The position numbers and the translations under genes were made by a program. The notes below the pieces were generated by a model. That model worked only from the letters and a program-made list of their open reading frames with translations. It was not told the DNA's origin and did no database searches. From Nitrospirota bacterium (GTDB lineage Bacteria; Nitrospirota; UBA9217): DNA of 64,000 nt. Position 1 is the stretch's first letter, and every line of letters begins with the position of its first letter. The stretch is taken from assembly GCA_963845065.1 (NCBI GenBank), contig CAWJQQ010000002.1:160001-224000 (forward strand). Reading direction: 5' to 3'. Below are positions 27,301 to 39,140 of the stretch, piece after piece.

Positions 27301-29641
27301 AACGCTTCACCCGGAACCGGGTGTCGAGAAAGATGGTGGGGATATTGGTGCTGGTGAGAAAATTATTCAGGTCGTTGTTTGTTGCGTCCTGCTCTTCGAT
27401 CTTGGCCTGAAGCTGGGTATTGACCGTGAGCAGCTCCTCATTCAGCGATTGGAGCTCCTCCCGCGAAGTTTCGAGCTCCTCGTTTGCAGCCTGGAGTTCT
27501 TCGTTCGAGGACTGGAGTTCCTCGTTCAGGCCCTTGAGCTGCTCGATGTTGCTTTGGAGGTCAACACGCGTTGCCGAAAGCTCGCTTTCGAGCTGGCGCA
27601 CGACGATCTCGTCACCCGTTTCGGTCTCTGCTGATGGTGGCTCCTCTGTTAGAGGAGCACTGTGCTTCTCGCGAAAGACAACGAGAAACATGTTCTCCTG
27701 GAGTTTCGAGATACGGAGCGTGACGGTCGTGTTGGATCGTACTTCCCCTTTTCCCCCCTTCAGAAAAGAGGGGCCGCCAGCTTTCGCTGCCTTGTTCGGA
27801 GAGGAACTTTTACTTCCTCTTTTCCCAGGCAGGGACTGAGAGGGCTGTTCGCCCTTGCTCATAAAACTCACCCTGATGGAGACCGGATTCGCTTCCTTCC
27901 CAGCACGGTAGATCGCCCCCCGGACCCTGCTTCGAAGGTTTTCCGGGAGGAGGAGCAGCAGGTTTTGTGTGGGCAGCCCTCGAGGCTGGTGCAGGTACTT
28001 GTTTGTGGGCCCGTTATGGTACAGGATGTCATAGTTCTGGTTGATCGCGATCGCTGCGGGCGCGTATTCCTCAAGAAGGGAATTCTGTATGAACTCAGTG
28101 ATCGTGGGCTGGTTCGCAGCGGCCAACACCTGGCGCGAGGGGACTAACAAAGCACGTTCGGCGGCATAAGGCACGGAAAGTGGATGCCGGGTCGAGTCCG
28201 TTCGTTCGAGCTTCCGGAAGACGCGGCATTTTTTATTGCCAACGCTTTTGAAGAGCGCGCTGTTCCTGCCCGTGGACTCCGCATTACCAAGAAAGAGATA
28301 CCCGCCTTCCTTAAGGGCGTAATGGAAGAGCGCTATGCTCTTCTCCTGTGCATCCGGTTCTAGATAGATCAGAAAATTCCGGCAGATTATAAGGTCGAGT
28401 CGGGAAAAGGGCGGATCAGTCATCAGGTCTTGCTTGGCGAAGACCACGCGTTCACGGAGCTCTTTATTGATAATGACGAACTGGCCGTCTTCGGAACAGA
28501 TGAAATACTTCCTCATGAGATCCGCCGGAATATCGGCTGCGATACTCCCCGTGAATTTCCCTTCCCGCGCTTTTTCGAGCGCCCGGTCGTTTACATCCGT
28601 GGCGAAAACCAGGAAATCACGGTTCCTGCTCGCGAGATCAAGCTCATGGCGGAGCAGCATGGCGATAGAATAGGATTCCTCGCCGCTGGCACAGGCCGGG
28701 GTCCAGACCCGGATCGGAGCATCTTCAATGTTCGAGACCAGATGACGAATCGCCTCCACCTTGAGCGCTTTCCATGCAACCTGGTCCCGGAAGAAGGAAG
28801 TGACGCCGATCATAAGGTCGGTGGCGAGCGCGGCCGCTTCCTGTTCTTTGTCCGTTACGACCTGGATATAGTCTTGGACCGAGGTCACGCCATTCAAATA
28901 CATCCGTCTCCTGATCCTTCGGTTCACGACATTCTGTTTGTAATGATTGAATTGATAGCCGGTCTTTTCGCGGATCAGGCGAAAAAAGGTATCAAATTGT
29001 GCAGCCGAGACGACGTCATCGTGGCCCATAACGACCGTGCCTGCTGTAACCAGTTTTACGATTTCTCTGGCGATGTCTTCAGGCTTTAACATCTCATCCA
29101 CTTTACCCGTACTGAACGCCGCAAGCGGCATGCCCGGGAACTCGGCAGTGGACGGGTCCTGCACAAAAACCGTTCCACCAGCGCTTCTGATCGCCTGGAT
29201 CCCCCGCGTGCCGTCTGTACCTGCGCCGGAGAGGATGACGGCAATTGCACGGTCCTCCGCTTCTTCCGCCAGGGAGATGAAAAATTCATCGATGGGCAGA
29301 TGGACATGCTCCCGCTGTGGATTGGTTGCGTAAAAAAACCCCTTATGGATTTTGATTTCTTTACCTGGTGGACAAATGAAGAGTTTACCGGGGAGAGCCT
29401 CCATCCCGTCCGCTATTTCAAGGACCTCAAGATGGGGCCTTCCCTTAGTCAGTAACTCGGAGAGATGGCTGCGATGTTTTGGAGACAGATGCTGCAGGAA
29501 GACAATTACGAAACCGAACTCCTTCGGCAAGGCATTCAAGAAGCACCCGAGCGCGTACAGGCCACCCGCGGAAGCCCCTATACCGACAATAGGCGGAGAA
29601 GCGTTCGGACCGCTATATCCAGGTGTCTTTTTCGGTTCCAT
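24362..29641 (-). CDS. CheB-CheR fusion with coiled coil, PAS array, GAF and histidine kinase (1759 aa)
   Basis: CheB GIGASAGG/QHL/GTDG; CheR VTSFFRD, ACASGEE, DLIICRN; SNEELQ heptads; YSVSHDLRAPL H-box. Confidence 0.93.
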   Translation of the reverse strand: MEPKKTPGYSGPNASPPIVGIGASAGGLYALGCFLNALPKEFGFVIVFLQHLSPKHRSHLSELLTKGRPHLEVLEIADGMEALPGKLFICPPGKEIKIHKGFFYATNPQREHVHLPIDEFFISLAEEAEDRAIAVILSGAGTDGTRGIQAIRSAGGTVFVQDPSTAEFPGMPLAAFSTGKVDEMLKPEDIAREIVKLVTAGTVVMGHDDVVSAAQFDTFFRLIREKTGYQFNHYKQNVVNRRIRRRMYLNGVTSVQDYIQVVTDKEQEAAALATDLMIGVTSFFRDQVAWKALKVEAIRHLVSNIEDAPIRVWTPACASGEESYSIAMLLRHELDLASRNRDFLVFATDVNDRALEKAREGKFTGSIAADIPADLMRKYFICSEDGQFVIINKELRERVVFAKQDLMTDPPFSRLDLIICRNFLIYLEPDAQEKSIALFHYALKEGGYLFLGNAESTGRNSALFKSVGNKKCRVFRKLERTDSTRHPLSVPYAAERALLVPSRQVLAAANQPTITEFIQNSLLEEYAPAAIAINQNYDILYHNGPTNKYLHQPRGLPTQNLLLLLPENLRSRVRGAIYRAGKEANPVSIRVSFMSKGEQPSQSLPGKRGSKSSSPNKAAKAGGPSFLKGGKGEVRSNTTVTLRISKLQENMFLVVFREKHSAPLTEEPPSAETETGDEIVVRQLESELSATRVDLQSNIEQLKGLNEELQSSNEELQAANEELETSREELQSLNEELLTVNTQLQAKIEEQDATNNDLNNFLTSTNIPTIFLDTRFRVKRFTAAMSKLLKLIPSDIGRPIVDMSQENLGSDLIVDAQSVLEQLVPLRQELKINGTSYVRTTLPYRTADNRIEGVVITYNDVTELKRAEERTRNLASFPQLNPNPVIEMNASGSVSYINPATERILESLGMDKGEISAFFPKDMDIILKDLEKNIDTFVNREVAVNDRVFNETIQLVPQFNAARLYAYDITKRKRAQEALRASEERLKLFIEYAPASLAMFDRTMRYLSVSRRWMSDYGLGERDLRGLSHYDIFPEIPERWKEIHRRGLAGEVVREDNDRFDRLDGSVQWLRWEVRPWHDAAGDVGGIVIFSEDITERKNAEETLRQSEERLRYHVENSPLAVVEWNADFIVTRWAGESEKIFGWSAIEVVGKPIMDLRMIFEEDIPIVQKTMEKLMDGVSRHVVSTNRNYTKDGRVIHCTWYNTVLQDKGGKMTSVMSLVLDITERKLAVEALRESEARFRTLFETMTEGFSLDEIIVDGAGKPIDLRYLSINPAFERHTGLKAKDIVGRTTRELFPEAEPVWFERYGKVALTGEPEHFEERFGPLDKWFEVSAYQTEPGRFAVVFFDITERKRTEASLQHSLQRLELLSRTAGELLQIPEPQKAVESLCREVMEYLDCHAFFNFLVDEKVGRLHLNAYAGISEEDARRIEWLDLGVAVCGYVAREGQRIIAEHIPATSDKRTELVKSYGIKAYACYPILGPGGMVIGTLSFGTKSRETFSDDELSLMKAVTDQVAVAMTRMRGEQSLRFRTDELETINKELEAFIYSVSHDLRAPLRTMAGFSKILIEEYGNKLENEPRDYLMRITNASEKMTELIDDLLRLSRISKHDMDRIDYDLSRQASSIAAGLCEADPGRSVEFSIEEGLRASVDPNLIRVALANLIENAWKFTSKTVNARIEFSAFEKEGKTVYYVRDNGAGFDQTLASKMFFPFQRLHTEKEFEGTGIGLAIVERIIRRHGGAVWAEGEVGKGATVFFTLG

Positions 29642-29769
29642 ATCAACTAGTTAGTGAAGGTTTGGAAAAAGCAAGAATATGCAGATAATTTAACACAGCG
29701 ACTATTCAAAGTAAACTTAATTCGTAGTTTTCAAGCTGACAACCATGGATCCATAAAATTATATTTAAG

Positions 29770-30263
29770 GGCATTGGCCCTGATAATAGTAATCGTTGTA
29801 TTTTCCTTGATCCGGCAGACAAAATGTTTTCTCTCTGTTTGCCACTGATCAAAGTTCTTATGCCGCTGGTAGTAACGATCCAGAACACTGGTCTGACCCG
29901 GTGAAATGATCTGGCTTACAAAAGGGCGTTCATCTCCTTTGCCGTGGGTCAAAAATATCTTCGTCGGGATACCACGATTGATATCGAAGCCTATATGCGT
30001 CTTGGCTTTTTTTGAACCGCCCCGGTAATCGGCCCAGTGCATAGAAAGTACTGCATCTATCAAAGATCCATCAACGGCGACAAGGTCGCCGAGATTGCCG
30101 TATTCAGTCGGAAGCAGCTTGGTGGCTTTGACTTGGAGCGCCAGGTATAATTCCATAAGTTGATCAAGGCCTCTTGAATTAATGGCCTCGAAAAAACTGC
30201 TTTTATTAATGCCGGATTTCGGCGCAATCGTCTGTCGGGCAAAATCATCTTCCTTGAGGACTG
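29770..30263 (-). pseudogene. IS4-family DDE transposase fragment
   Basis: SSFFEAINSRGL, LVAVDGSLI, KAKTHIGFD, VLDRYY and FVCRIKEN; truncated at both ends. Confidence 0.75.
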
Positions 30264-30402
30264 AACATTTGTAACAATCTACAGAAATTTTACTGTCTCA
30301 TTTCAACCTTGAATATCCCTTCTCCTGAGCTATATAGTCCAGATGGAGCATAGCCAAGTCATCAGCAACTATCATCTCCGATGGAGTGGGGAAAAAGGGG
30401 AA

Positions 30403-30535
30403 ATGAATCTCCACGCAGCAAGCTGCGCGGTATCTATAAATAGAAAGACGTTTATCAATTGAGAAACCTGCGGTTTCTCAAACTCTTCCCTCTATGCGGT
30501 GACCCTGTAGCAAGCTACAGGGAATTGCAAGTTTA
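30403..30535. mobile_element. Non-coding MITE-like element with two related terminal hairpins (IS200/IS605-like)
   Basis: CCACGCAGCAAGCTGCGCGG (30411-30430), CCCTGTAGCAAGCTACAGGG (30503-30522) and an internal TTGAGAAAC..GTTTCTCAA hairpin. Confidence 0.6.
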
Positions 30536-30711
30536 AATTGATTTACACAATCTCCGCTAAAGCATATAGCGTTTCCCGTGCTGTACTCCCGAGATGGCAA
30601 TTAGTCCGGGAAATTTTCTCATCCGGCATTGTAAACGTGTTCGTTATGCTTATCTTTAGAAATGCAGACTGGTGCAACGCAATTGTTTTGGGAGATGACG
30701 AAGGGAAAAAC

Positions 30712-31761
30712 TTATAAGTGGAGGACCATAAAAAAAAGAGCCATCAAACCTAACCCGAAAGGTATACCGACCGCGGCCCACGATCTGCTTGAAATACCTA
30801 ATTTGTTCGCCGCTATAATATTCGGGATGTTGCCCGGGACCAGCATCCCGCCGGAAATAATAAGGCCCATGATAATGCCTTTCACCTGAGCAGCGGACAT
30901 AAGCGGTCCCAGCTCAGCAGCGGCCAGCGTAGCGTTGTCGAGGATCGCTGATATGCTGTTAAACCAGTAAAGCGCCGGGGCCGGCATTTTCACGACATAC
31001 AGATCGACCAGCGGCTTAAACCCTGTGCCGAGCAGAATCAGCGCCATTACGAACACATAGACCTTGAATGCCCTCAGCGCTATGTGCTGGAAAGGCTCGA
31101 CAAAGTCTTCTGTGAGACTCTCCGAGCGCCTAACCTGCACACCCCGGGAAAGGCCGCCGACAAAGGAGATGACGACAAGCCCCGGCAATATGTAGATGCC
31201 GAAGGTACGCATCAGCATCAGAAAATCATTGTCGAACGTCCCACCATTAAGCATGGCCGCGGCGATCGTGGACAGAGGCAGGCCGATAGGGGTAAGCGCC
31301 GCGCCCATGCCGATCGAAAAGCAGGCAAAGACTACGAGGCGCGTTCCATATTTCTTGTCGAGGCTGATGGCGCTCATGACCTCGCATAGGACCAGAGCGG
31401 CGATGATCGCAGTTATCAGGCACGAAAGCAAACCTAGAGAAAAAATAAGCAGAAAGGCGAACGTCCGAGGTCCTAGCCGGTCTTCGATCGCAACGATTTT
31501 CTTCTTCATCGGCTCGCGTACTGCGCGGAAGGCAAGCCCGAAAACCAGAGTGGCAATTGTCAACATGACGGGTGCTAAAATCGCGGACTCAATGAGCCGC
31601 ATGGTCAAGAGCGGTTCCGGTCCCAACAGGTGAGAAAGCACAAGCGTAACTGAACCAACGGCAAACAGGAACAGTTCCAGGTTATGCTCGACTTTCTTCA
31701 CGAGTATGGGGAGGAGCAGGATCAGCAAGAAGATGAGTATGAGAATGTAGATGATCGCCAT
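30712..31761 (-). CDS. DUF1646-like membrane protein (ion transporter superfamily)
   Basis: About 10 hydrophobic segments; VEHNLELFL, GAALTPIG, LDNATLAAAE, GGMLVPGNIPNI. Confidence 0.8.
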   Translation of the reverse strand: MAIIYILILIFLLILLLPILVKKVEHNLELFLFAVGSVTLVLSHLLGPEPLLTMRLIESAILAPVMLTIATLVFGLAFRAVREPMKKKIVAIEDRLGPRTFAFLLIFSLGLLSCLITAIIAALVLCEVMSAISLDKKYGTRLVVFACFSIGMGAALTPIGLPLSTIAAAMLNGGTFDNDFLMLMRTFGIYILPGLVVISFVGGLSRGVQVRRSESLTEDFVEPFQHIALRAFKVYVFVMALILLGTGFKPLVDLYVVKMPAPALYWFNSISAILDNATLAAAELGPLMSAAQVKGIIMGLIISGGMLVPGNIPNIIAANKLGISSRSWAAVGIPFGLGLMALFFMVLHL

Positions 31762-31854
31762 AAGCGCCCTCGAGCATACCGGCATGTGACGCGTGAATCG
31801 ATGCCATCTACTCTATGATTATTCCGGCTTTGTCCCGGCAGGCCATCATAATAC

Positions 31855-31890
31855 AAAAAAGGCCGGCATGCAATGGTTCATGCCAGCCCA
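31855..31890 (-). terminator. Rho-independent terminator after PII gene
   Basis: GGCTGGCATG..CATGCCGGCC-TTTTTT on the minus strand; homologous hairpin at 34622-34649. Confidence 0.7.
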
Positions 31891-31911
31891 GGTAGGATAT
31901 ATCGTGACCTC

Positions 31912-32259
<348 letters not shown>

Positions 32260-32311
32260 TCATCGTGCTCTGAACGCTGCTGATCGGGATGCGCCCCAGA
32301 TGACCGAACTA

Positions 32312-32552
32312 CAGTATTTTTTCGCCGAACTGTATGATGATTCCGCCCCATTGGCATCCATCGATACAATCTTCGTAGCAGCGGGAGTGTCTTCGTTCAA
32401 TACGAAGTCGGGGACTATCCGCTAACGATTGCTACAACAATCATAATGATAATAAAATCACTTCCGCGAAGCCACCTGAGAATGACCGCGACATGAGCTT
32501 TTCCAGAACTGCCACAGCGATAAAAAAAATCCAGGCTATAGATGCTATCGAC
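32312..32552 (-). pseudogene. Decayed copy of the small membrane protein gene at 36363-36692
   Basis: Fragments IAWIFFIAVAVLE, LRGSDFIIIM and GGIIIQFG match VAWFVFIAAAILE, LRGSGIVIIM and GGMIIQFG. Confidence 0.7.
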
Positions 32553-32582
32553 AACTCTTTGATATTTTCTTTACTTCAAGGT

Positions 32583-32598
32583 AGCAATGCATGTGCCA
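32583..32598 (-). promoter_or_regulatory. Sigma54 (-24/-12) promoter
   Basis: TGGCAC-ATGCA-TTGCT on the minus strand. Confidence 0.82.
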
Positions 32599-32784
32599 TC
32601 CGTGGCAAGAAAAAGGACCTGCGAAATGTTCAATTTCATTACTCAAATTTTTACAGTAAGCATGCTGCGGGCTTTCCCTTAACTCATGGTTGATGAAATT
32701 GTGGGCGTATGATTAATCAACGGGCATGAACAAAACGATGCCTGGCTCGGTTCATTCCTATCACTCAAACAAGCACAGGTCCGG

Positions 32785-34448
32785 CTGACCACTCCCCATG
32801 TCTAAAGCCAGGGGGTTCTAGCGGCTGTACCGACAGGCTCTCCGGCAACAATACGAACGTTGCCGGCCTCGACTGTCGTTGATCCGCCTTTAACGGACGA
32901 GCAGCTCTGTCTCCGGTTCGTGGTGTTCTCGTGCTTGATACCGAAGCTGGTTGGATGAATTCGACCCTTTGCCGCTTCATGCTGCACCCCCAACACCGCC
33001 CGTTCCAGGAGCAGGTTTGCACCCGGCCAGGCTTTGGCAGCCTGACGCGTGTCGAGGACATCGTTAGAAACATACTTTGCAAGGAATGCGGAATAGAGAT
33101 CACGCTGGGTGCTTACCCCGCAGTTGCAGGCATGCCATCTTTGGGACAATGATTTTTTGGCTACTGTTCCGCAATGGCATGTCTGGGAAAGCTTTGTGCT
33201 CCGGGTAGAAAACTCGGTTACTTTACCGCCAGCGTTTTCGGCTTTGTGGTGAAGCATCGACATAAACATCCCCGGAGCTCGTCGCGAAATACTTTTACCA
33301 TAGAGTTTCTGAAATGCTTTGTACGACAGTTTCTCGGTTTTGATGTCGGTACCGAGAGTGAGGACTTTGTTCACGAGCTTGCCATGAGACCGTTTTCTGG
33401 TTTCAGCAAGGATCCTTTGAAGTTCGGCGAGCTTAGCTTTAAGAACACGGTATTGAACAGAAAAGACCCACTGTTTTTTACCTGTTTTGATGGTTTTGTC
33501 TCCGTTGTAGTTGCCCGGGTTGGTAGCACGAAGGCTTCTGGCCATTTTGCGCTGGACGGTCTTGATACGTTTAAACGGTATCCCGACTTCAGGGCAAAAT
33601 TCGAGTAGTAACGCATCGGTATCACCAACGATGGCAACTGTCGACGGGCCAATGTCAAGGCCGACGGTTTCGGTGCCAATCTGGTTCTCACGCTTGATCT
33701 TGGCCGTGCCTTTAAGCACAAGCTGGGCAAACCAGCGGGGATTGCCGCGGATAGTTTTCTTGACCAGACGAATGTACTTGACATCATGGCTAAGTGCATG
33801 AGCCTGAACACCAAACTTGTCTTTCTTGTCGAAGACACAGTTGAGACGAAGGCCAGTCCACTCCACATGGTCATCGCACCACCGAATACCAGATTTGTTG
33901 TTTTTACCTTCAAGGGACGACATCCAGCCATGGCGCTTGAAACGTGGTTTGCCATGCTTCCCAAACTCGTAGTCAGCGACGGCGCTATATGCTCGAGATG
34001 CTATCTTCTGGGCGGTCAGGCTGTCAATATGCTCACTGATCCAGCAGGAATTGCGGAGGATACCGACGTAGTTATGAAGGTGGTATTCAGTATATTCAGC
34101 CTGGGTTCTGGCTGTCTTAAACATCCTGGTGCGAAGCTTGCTTTTCTTCTTCGTGATCGCCACGAGCCATTTTTCTGATCGCCGCATGGCAGTAAGACGC
34201 TTCATCGCTTCACCAAGGCAGGCATTGTACAGATAACGGCCAGCTTCGAGCCGGGCATCAAGCATTCGATTGTCCTTTGGAGTCACTACGAGTTGAAACT
34301 CGTGGATAAAAGATGGGGTTTTAGGTTTATTCGGCATTGGTTGTTTAAATATACCACATAGATGTACATTTGTCTACTAATTGCCGAAAAACAAGGTTCC
34401 CGCATTCATCCCCATGGTTAAAACCAGGGGCTTTCTGCGGATAGTTTG
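32785..34448 (-). mobile_element. tnpB-only (IS1341-type) IS200/IS605 element
   Basis: Left end: TTAC target (34449-34452), 14 nt, AAAG guide, hairpin. Right end: GAAC guide, hairpin, TCAG (32785-32788). Confidence 0.9.
32802..34337 (-). CDS. tnpB: RNA-guided endonuclease TnpB (511 aa)
   Basis: VGLDIG, KTEKL and QRDLYSA RuvC residues; TCHCG...CNCG zinc finger; paralogue of 22059-23576. Confidence 0.92.
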   Translation of the reverse strand: MPNKPKTPSFIHEFQLVVTPKDNRMLDARLEAGRYLYNACLGEAMKRLTAMRRSEKWLVAITKKKSKLRTRMFKTARTQAEYTEYHLHNYVGILRNSCWISEHIDSLTAQKIASRAYSAVADYEFGKHGKPRFKRHGWMSSLEGKNNKSGIRWCDDHVEWTGLRLNCVFDKKDKFGVQAHALSHDVKYIRLVKKTIRGNPRWFAQLVLKGTAKIKRENQIGTETVGLDIGPSTVAIVGDTDALLLEFCPEVGIPFKRIKTVQRKMARSLRATNPGNYNGDKTIKTGKKQWVFSVQYRVLKAKLAELQRILAETRKRSHGKLVNKVLTLGTDIKTEKLSYKAFQKLYGKSISRRAPGMFMSMLHHKAENAGGKVTEFSTRSTKLSQTCHCGTVAKKSLSQRWHACNCGVSTQRDLYSAFLAKYVSNDVLDTRQAAKAWPGANLLLERAVLGVQHEAAKGRIHPTSFGIKHENTTNRRQSCSSVKGGSTTVEAGNVRIVAGEPVGTAARTPWL

Positions 34449-34736
34449 GTAAATCCAATGCTTGCGCATTCGTCCCTAAGAAGCTATGGATCAAGGGGCT
34501 ATCCTGGCGTGAGCTTTAAGGTGCTGATTTTCTGAATAGAAGAAGTAAACATGGATATTATAAGAAGCGAGACGGATCAGAACATGACCGGATATTGACG
34601 TATCTACCGCATCAAAAGAGAGGCCGGCATGCAATGGTACATGCCGGCCCGGGAGGATAGACAGCGATCTCTCAAATCGCCGGGTATCCGCTTTGATGTC
34701 CGTTCATCCGCTGTAAAAATGACGGGGTAAAAAACA

Positions 34737-36346
<1,610 letters not shown>

Positions 36347-36362
36347 AATGTATCCTTTGTTG

Positions 36363-36692
36363 CTACAACAGATTCCCGAACTGAATTATCATTCCGCCAC
36401 AAATGATTACGCACAAGCCTATCCACGTGGCAGACGGAATAATTTCTTTAAACACGAAACGGCCGAATAATATACTGATAATCGCAAATATGGCAACATA
36501 CACCCCTAATAATTTCGAAAAATCCCATTTCACCATGTTGACAACCACGCCGTAGCATCCCAACATGACGAATCCCACCATGATGATGACGATGCCGCTT
36601 CCGCGAAGTCCCTTACGAACGACGGCGTCACCACCAACTTCCAGAATTGCCGCGGCGATGAAAACAAACCATGCTACGGATGTCATCGTCAA
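36363..36692 (-). CDS. Small 4-TM membrane protein (YnfA/SMR-like)
   Basis: 109 aa, four hydrophobic helices, AAILEVGGD motif; GGAGG RBS. Confidence 0.75.
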   Translation of the reverse strand: MTMTSVAWFVFIAAAILEVGGDAVVRKGLRGSGIVIIMVGFVMLGCYGVVVNMVKWDFSKLLGVYVAIFAIISILFGRFVFKEIIPSATWIGLCVIICGGMIIQFGNLL

Positions 36693-36721
36693 CCCTCCTT
36701 GATTTGTCTATAATATATGCC

Positions 36722-36737
36722 TGCAATGCCCGTGCCA
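36722..36737 (-). promoter_or_regulatory. Sigma54 (-24/-12) promoter of the amtB-glnK operon
   Basis: TGGCAC-GGGCA-TTGCA on the minus strand. Confidence 0.88.
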
Positions 36738-37198
36738 CGCTCTACTGAAATAACAGATATGTAAAATGACTAATTTTATTGCTCAAACTTGAACCGTCAA
36801 CATGCATCAGGGCTTTTCTTTATTTCACAATAGATGAAATTGAAGGCATATGATTAATAATTGGGCATGGATTAATTGATGTTAGCTTTAAAAAAGGACT
36901 GGACGTGCGGATGAAGTCCGGCTGCCCAAGAAGACCATTGATGAACTAAACTCATAACATTCAGCAATCAAAAGGGGAAGAAGTTGTTAGAGAGTCACGC
37001 TGGCGGTATTTTGGTGACATGGCCTGATGGATGTTCGAAGATCAATGGCAAGGCGATCTCGCCCACGAGTAAATCTTTTAAGCGTACCACGCCTACGACC
37101 GGCCACTGCAGGCATCGTTATTGACTGTGAATGGAGGTTCTGTGACAATAGAGTTTTTTTTAGAGCAAAGTGTCTTGACTTAATGGAGGCCGGGGAAG

Positions 37199-37245
37199 GG
37201 AACCACTCCCCATGGGTAAAATTAGGGGGTTTTCGCGGAAACTCG
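37199..37245 (-). mobile_element. Miniature IS605-derived single-hairpin element, degenerate
   Basis: ACCACTCCCCATGGGTAAAATTAGGGGG...CG|GTAA; same layout as 5180-5226, with a TTAC target. Confidence 0.55.
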
Positions 37246-37290
37246 GTAAAAAACTTCTATCTGTCTGGAACTCCGCGCTCTATTAATGCG

Positions 37291-39093
37291 TCAGTGCGCT
37301 GGCCCTCGGTGGATGATTAGCCAGATGACGAGTCCGAAAATAATTATGGGAACCAAGATGCCCAGCGCGATCCAGAGCGTTTTCTTCCACTTATGCCTCC
37401 AGGCTTTTGGCTCGTGAAGCCGATCGCACCTGCCGGTAAGTTGCACGTCAGACGGCTCGTCCAGTTCCGCCTTCATTCCAGCCGCTGTTTGATATCGCTT
37501 CCTCGGATCGCGCTCCATTGCGTGGAGAATGATCTCCTCGATCTGCGGAGAGACTCTGGGATTTCGCTTCCGTGGGGCAATAGGGTCTCCGTCCACGCGA
37601 GCGTTCATGATCACGAGCGGATTGTCGCTCTCACATTGGAATGGCGGCACGCCCACAACCATTTCATAGAGCATTGCGCCTAGACTATAGATATCGGTCC
37701 GTTCGTCCCCGCGCTTGCCTTTGACCTGCTCGGGGGCCATGTAATCGGGCGTACCCACGGCAGGTGTGAATCCGGCAAAGGTCATCCGCCGCCCCCCGGC
37801 CTTGGCAATGCCGAAATCCATGATCCGGATCGTGCCGTCGTTGCAAAGCATGATGTTCTGGGGTTTGAGGTCGCGATGGACCACGCCCTGTTCGTGCATG
37901 TACACAAGCGCTTCACACACGCGGCTGGCAAGCTTGATCGCGTCCTTTTCCGGCATGGGCCGAACGCTGTTCAAGAGGTGCGAAAGCGTGTAGCCGCGGA
38001 GATATTCGGTCACGATGTACGGCCGGGTACGAAGCTCATCAGGCACGGGATAGAATTTCAGGATATAGGGATGGTTCAAGCTGTCGCCCGATCTCCTCCT
38101 CACGCTGGAACCGCGAGTAGAAACCGGGATCGCTCTCAAACTGCATGAGCGGGACCTTCACCGCCACGGTCTGTTTGGTGGTCAGGTCCGTTGCCTTGAA
38201 GATGGTGCGCCATGCCGCTCCGGCTGATGGTTTCGAGAATCTGGAAACGGTTGTCCAGGACTTGTCCCGGCCTAAGCTCGTATCTGGTCGTGGGGTCCGC
38301 CGTTTCCTGGTACATAGCCACACCGCGGTATAACGCAACCTTCTCGACCTCGTTGATTTGCATGACCTGGATCGAGAGATTATCGTCAGTGCCGCGCTGT
38401 TCCGCAAGAGCCACAAGCTGACGGCATGCCTGGGCGGGGGAAAGACGGGATACGATGTCGGCGATTTCGCTGTCCGCGACGTACCGCGTACAACCCGTCG
38501 GAGCACAGCACAACCTTATCGCCTTTGAACACCGTGGCGCTCTCCACGTCCACGCGTACTACAGGTTCATTCCCGACACTCCGGGTCAGGATGCTACGGT
38601 GCTCGCTGGTCTTGGCCTCCTGTTCGGAGATCAGTCCGAACTTCTGCTGCATGCCGGTGTAGTTATGGTCCGTGGAGAGCTGTTTGATCGTTGCCTTCCT
38701 GACAAGATAAACGCGCGAATCGCCCACGTTGCCAACCGTGATCTCATTATTACGCAGCACAACAACAGCGAGGGTCGTGGCCATGCGTGACTTGCCATGG
38801 TTTTCCATGCTCTTGTCATAAACAGCAAGATTGGCCGCGTTGAACATCTGCGTGATGAGCTGCTGCGGGGTATGCTCCCCCGGGGCTTCTCGGAACGTTT
38901 TCAGGGCCGTCTCAACCGCCAGTCGACTAGCCACTTCGCCGCGCTGCATGCCGCCCACGCCGTCGGCCAGGATTGCGACCGCGCCGCGGCTGCGTTTTTC
39001 TTCTAGCGTTTGCGGCTGCCAGGAGCCCACGAAATCCTCGTTATTCTCGCGGGCCGGTCCGGGTGAGGAAAGTTCAGCGTAGATAAGTTCCAT
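37291..39093 (-). CDS. Bifunctional PP2C phosphatase / Hanks-type Ser/Thr kinase with C-terminal TM helix (three +1 frameshifts as assembled)
   Basis: PP2C NED, ADGVGG, GDSRVY, SDGL, DDNLS; kinase AVK, HRDLKPQN, DFG, APE; pieces join after removing one base at each of ~38485, ~38210 and ~38077. Confidence 0.8.
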
Positions 39094-39140
39094 AAAATCA
39101 CTTTAACATTTTCATCGCAAAATTAAAAGTCTTCACTTTC

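Noticed and set aside
37291..39093. Programmed frameshifting or three separate genes for the phosphatase/kinase
   Set aside because: There are no slippery sequences at the shift sites, the breaks fall inside conserved domains, and the same +1 pattern continues into the neighbouring gene.
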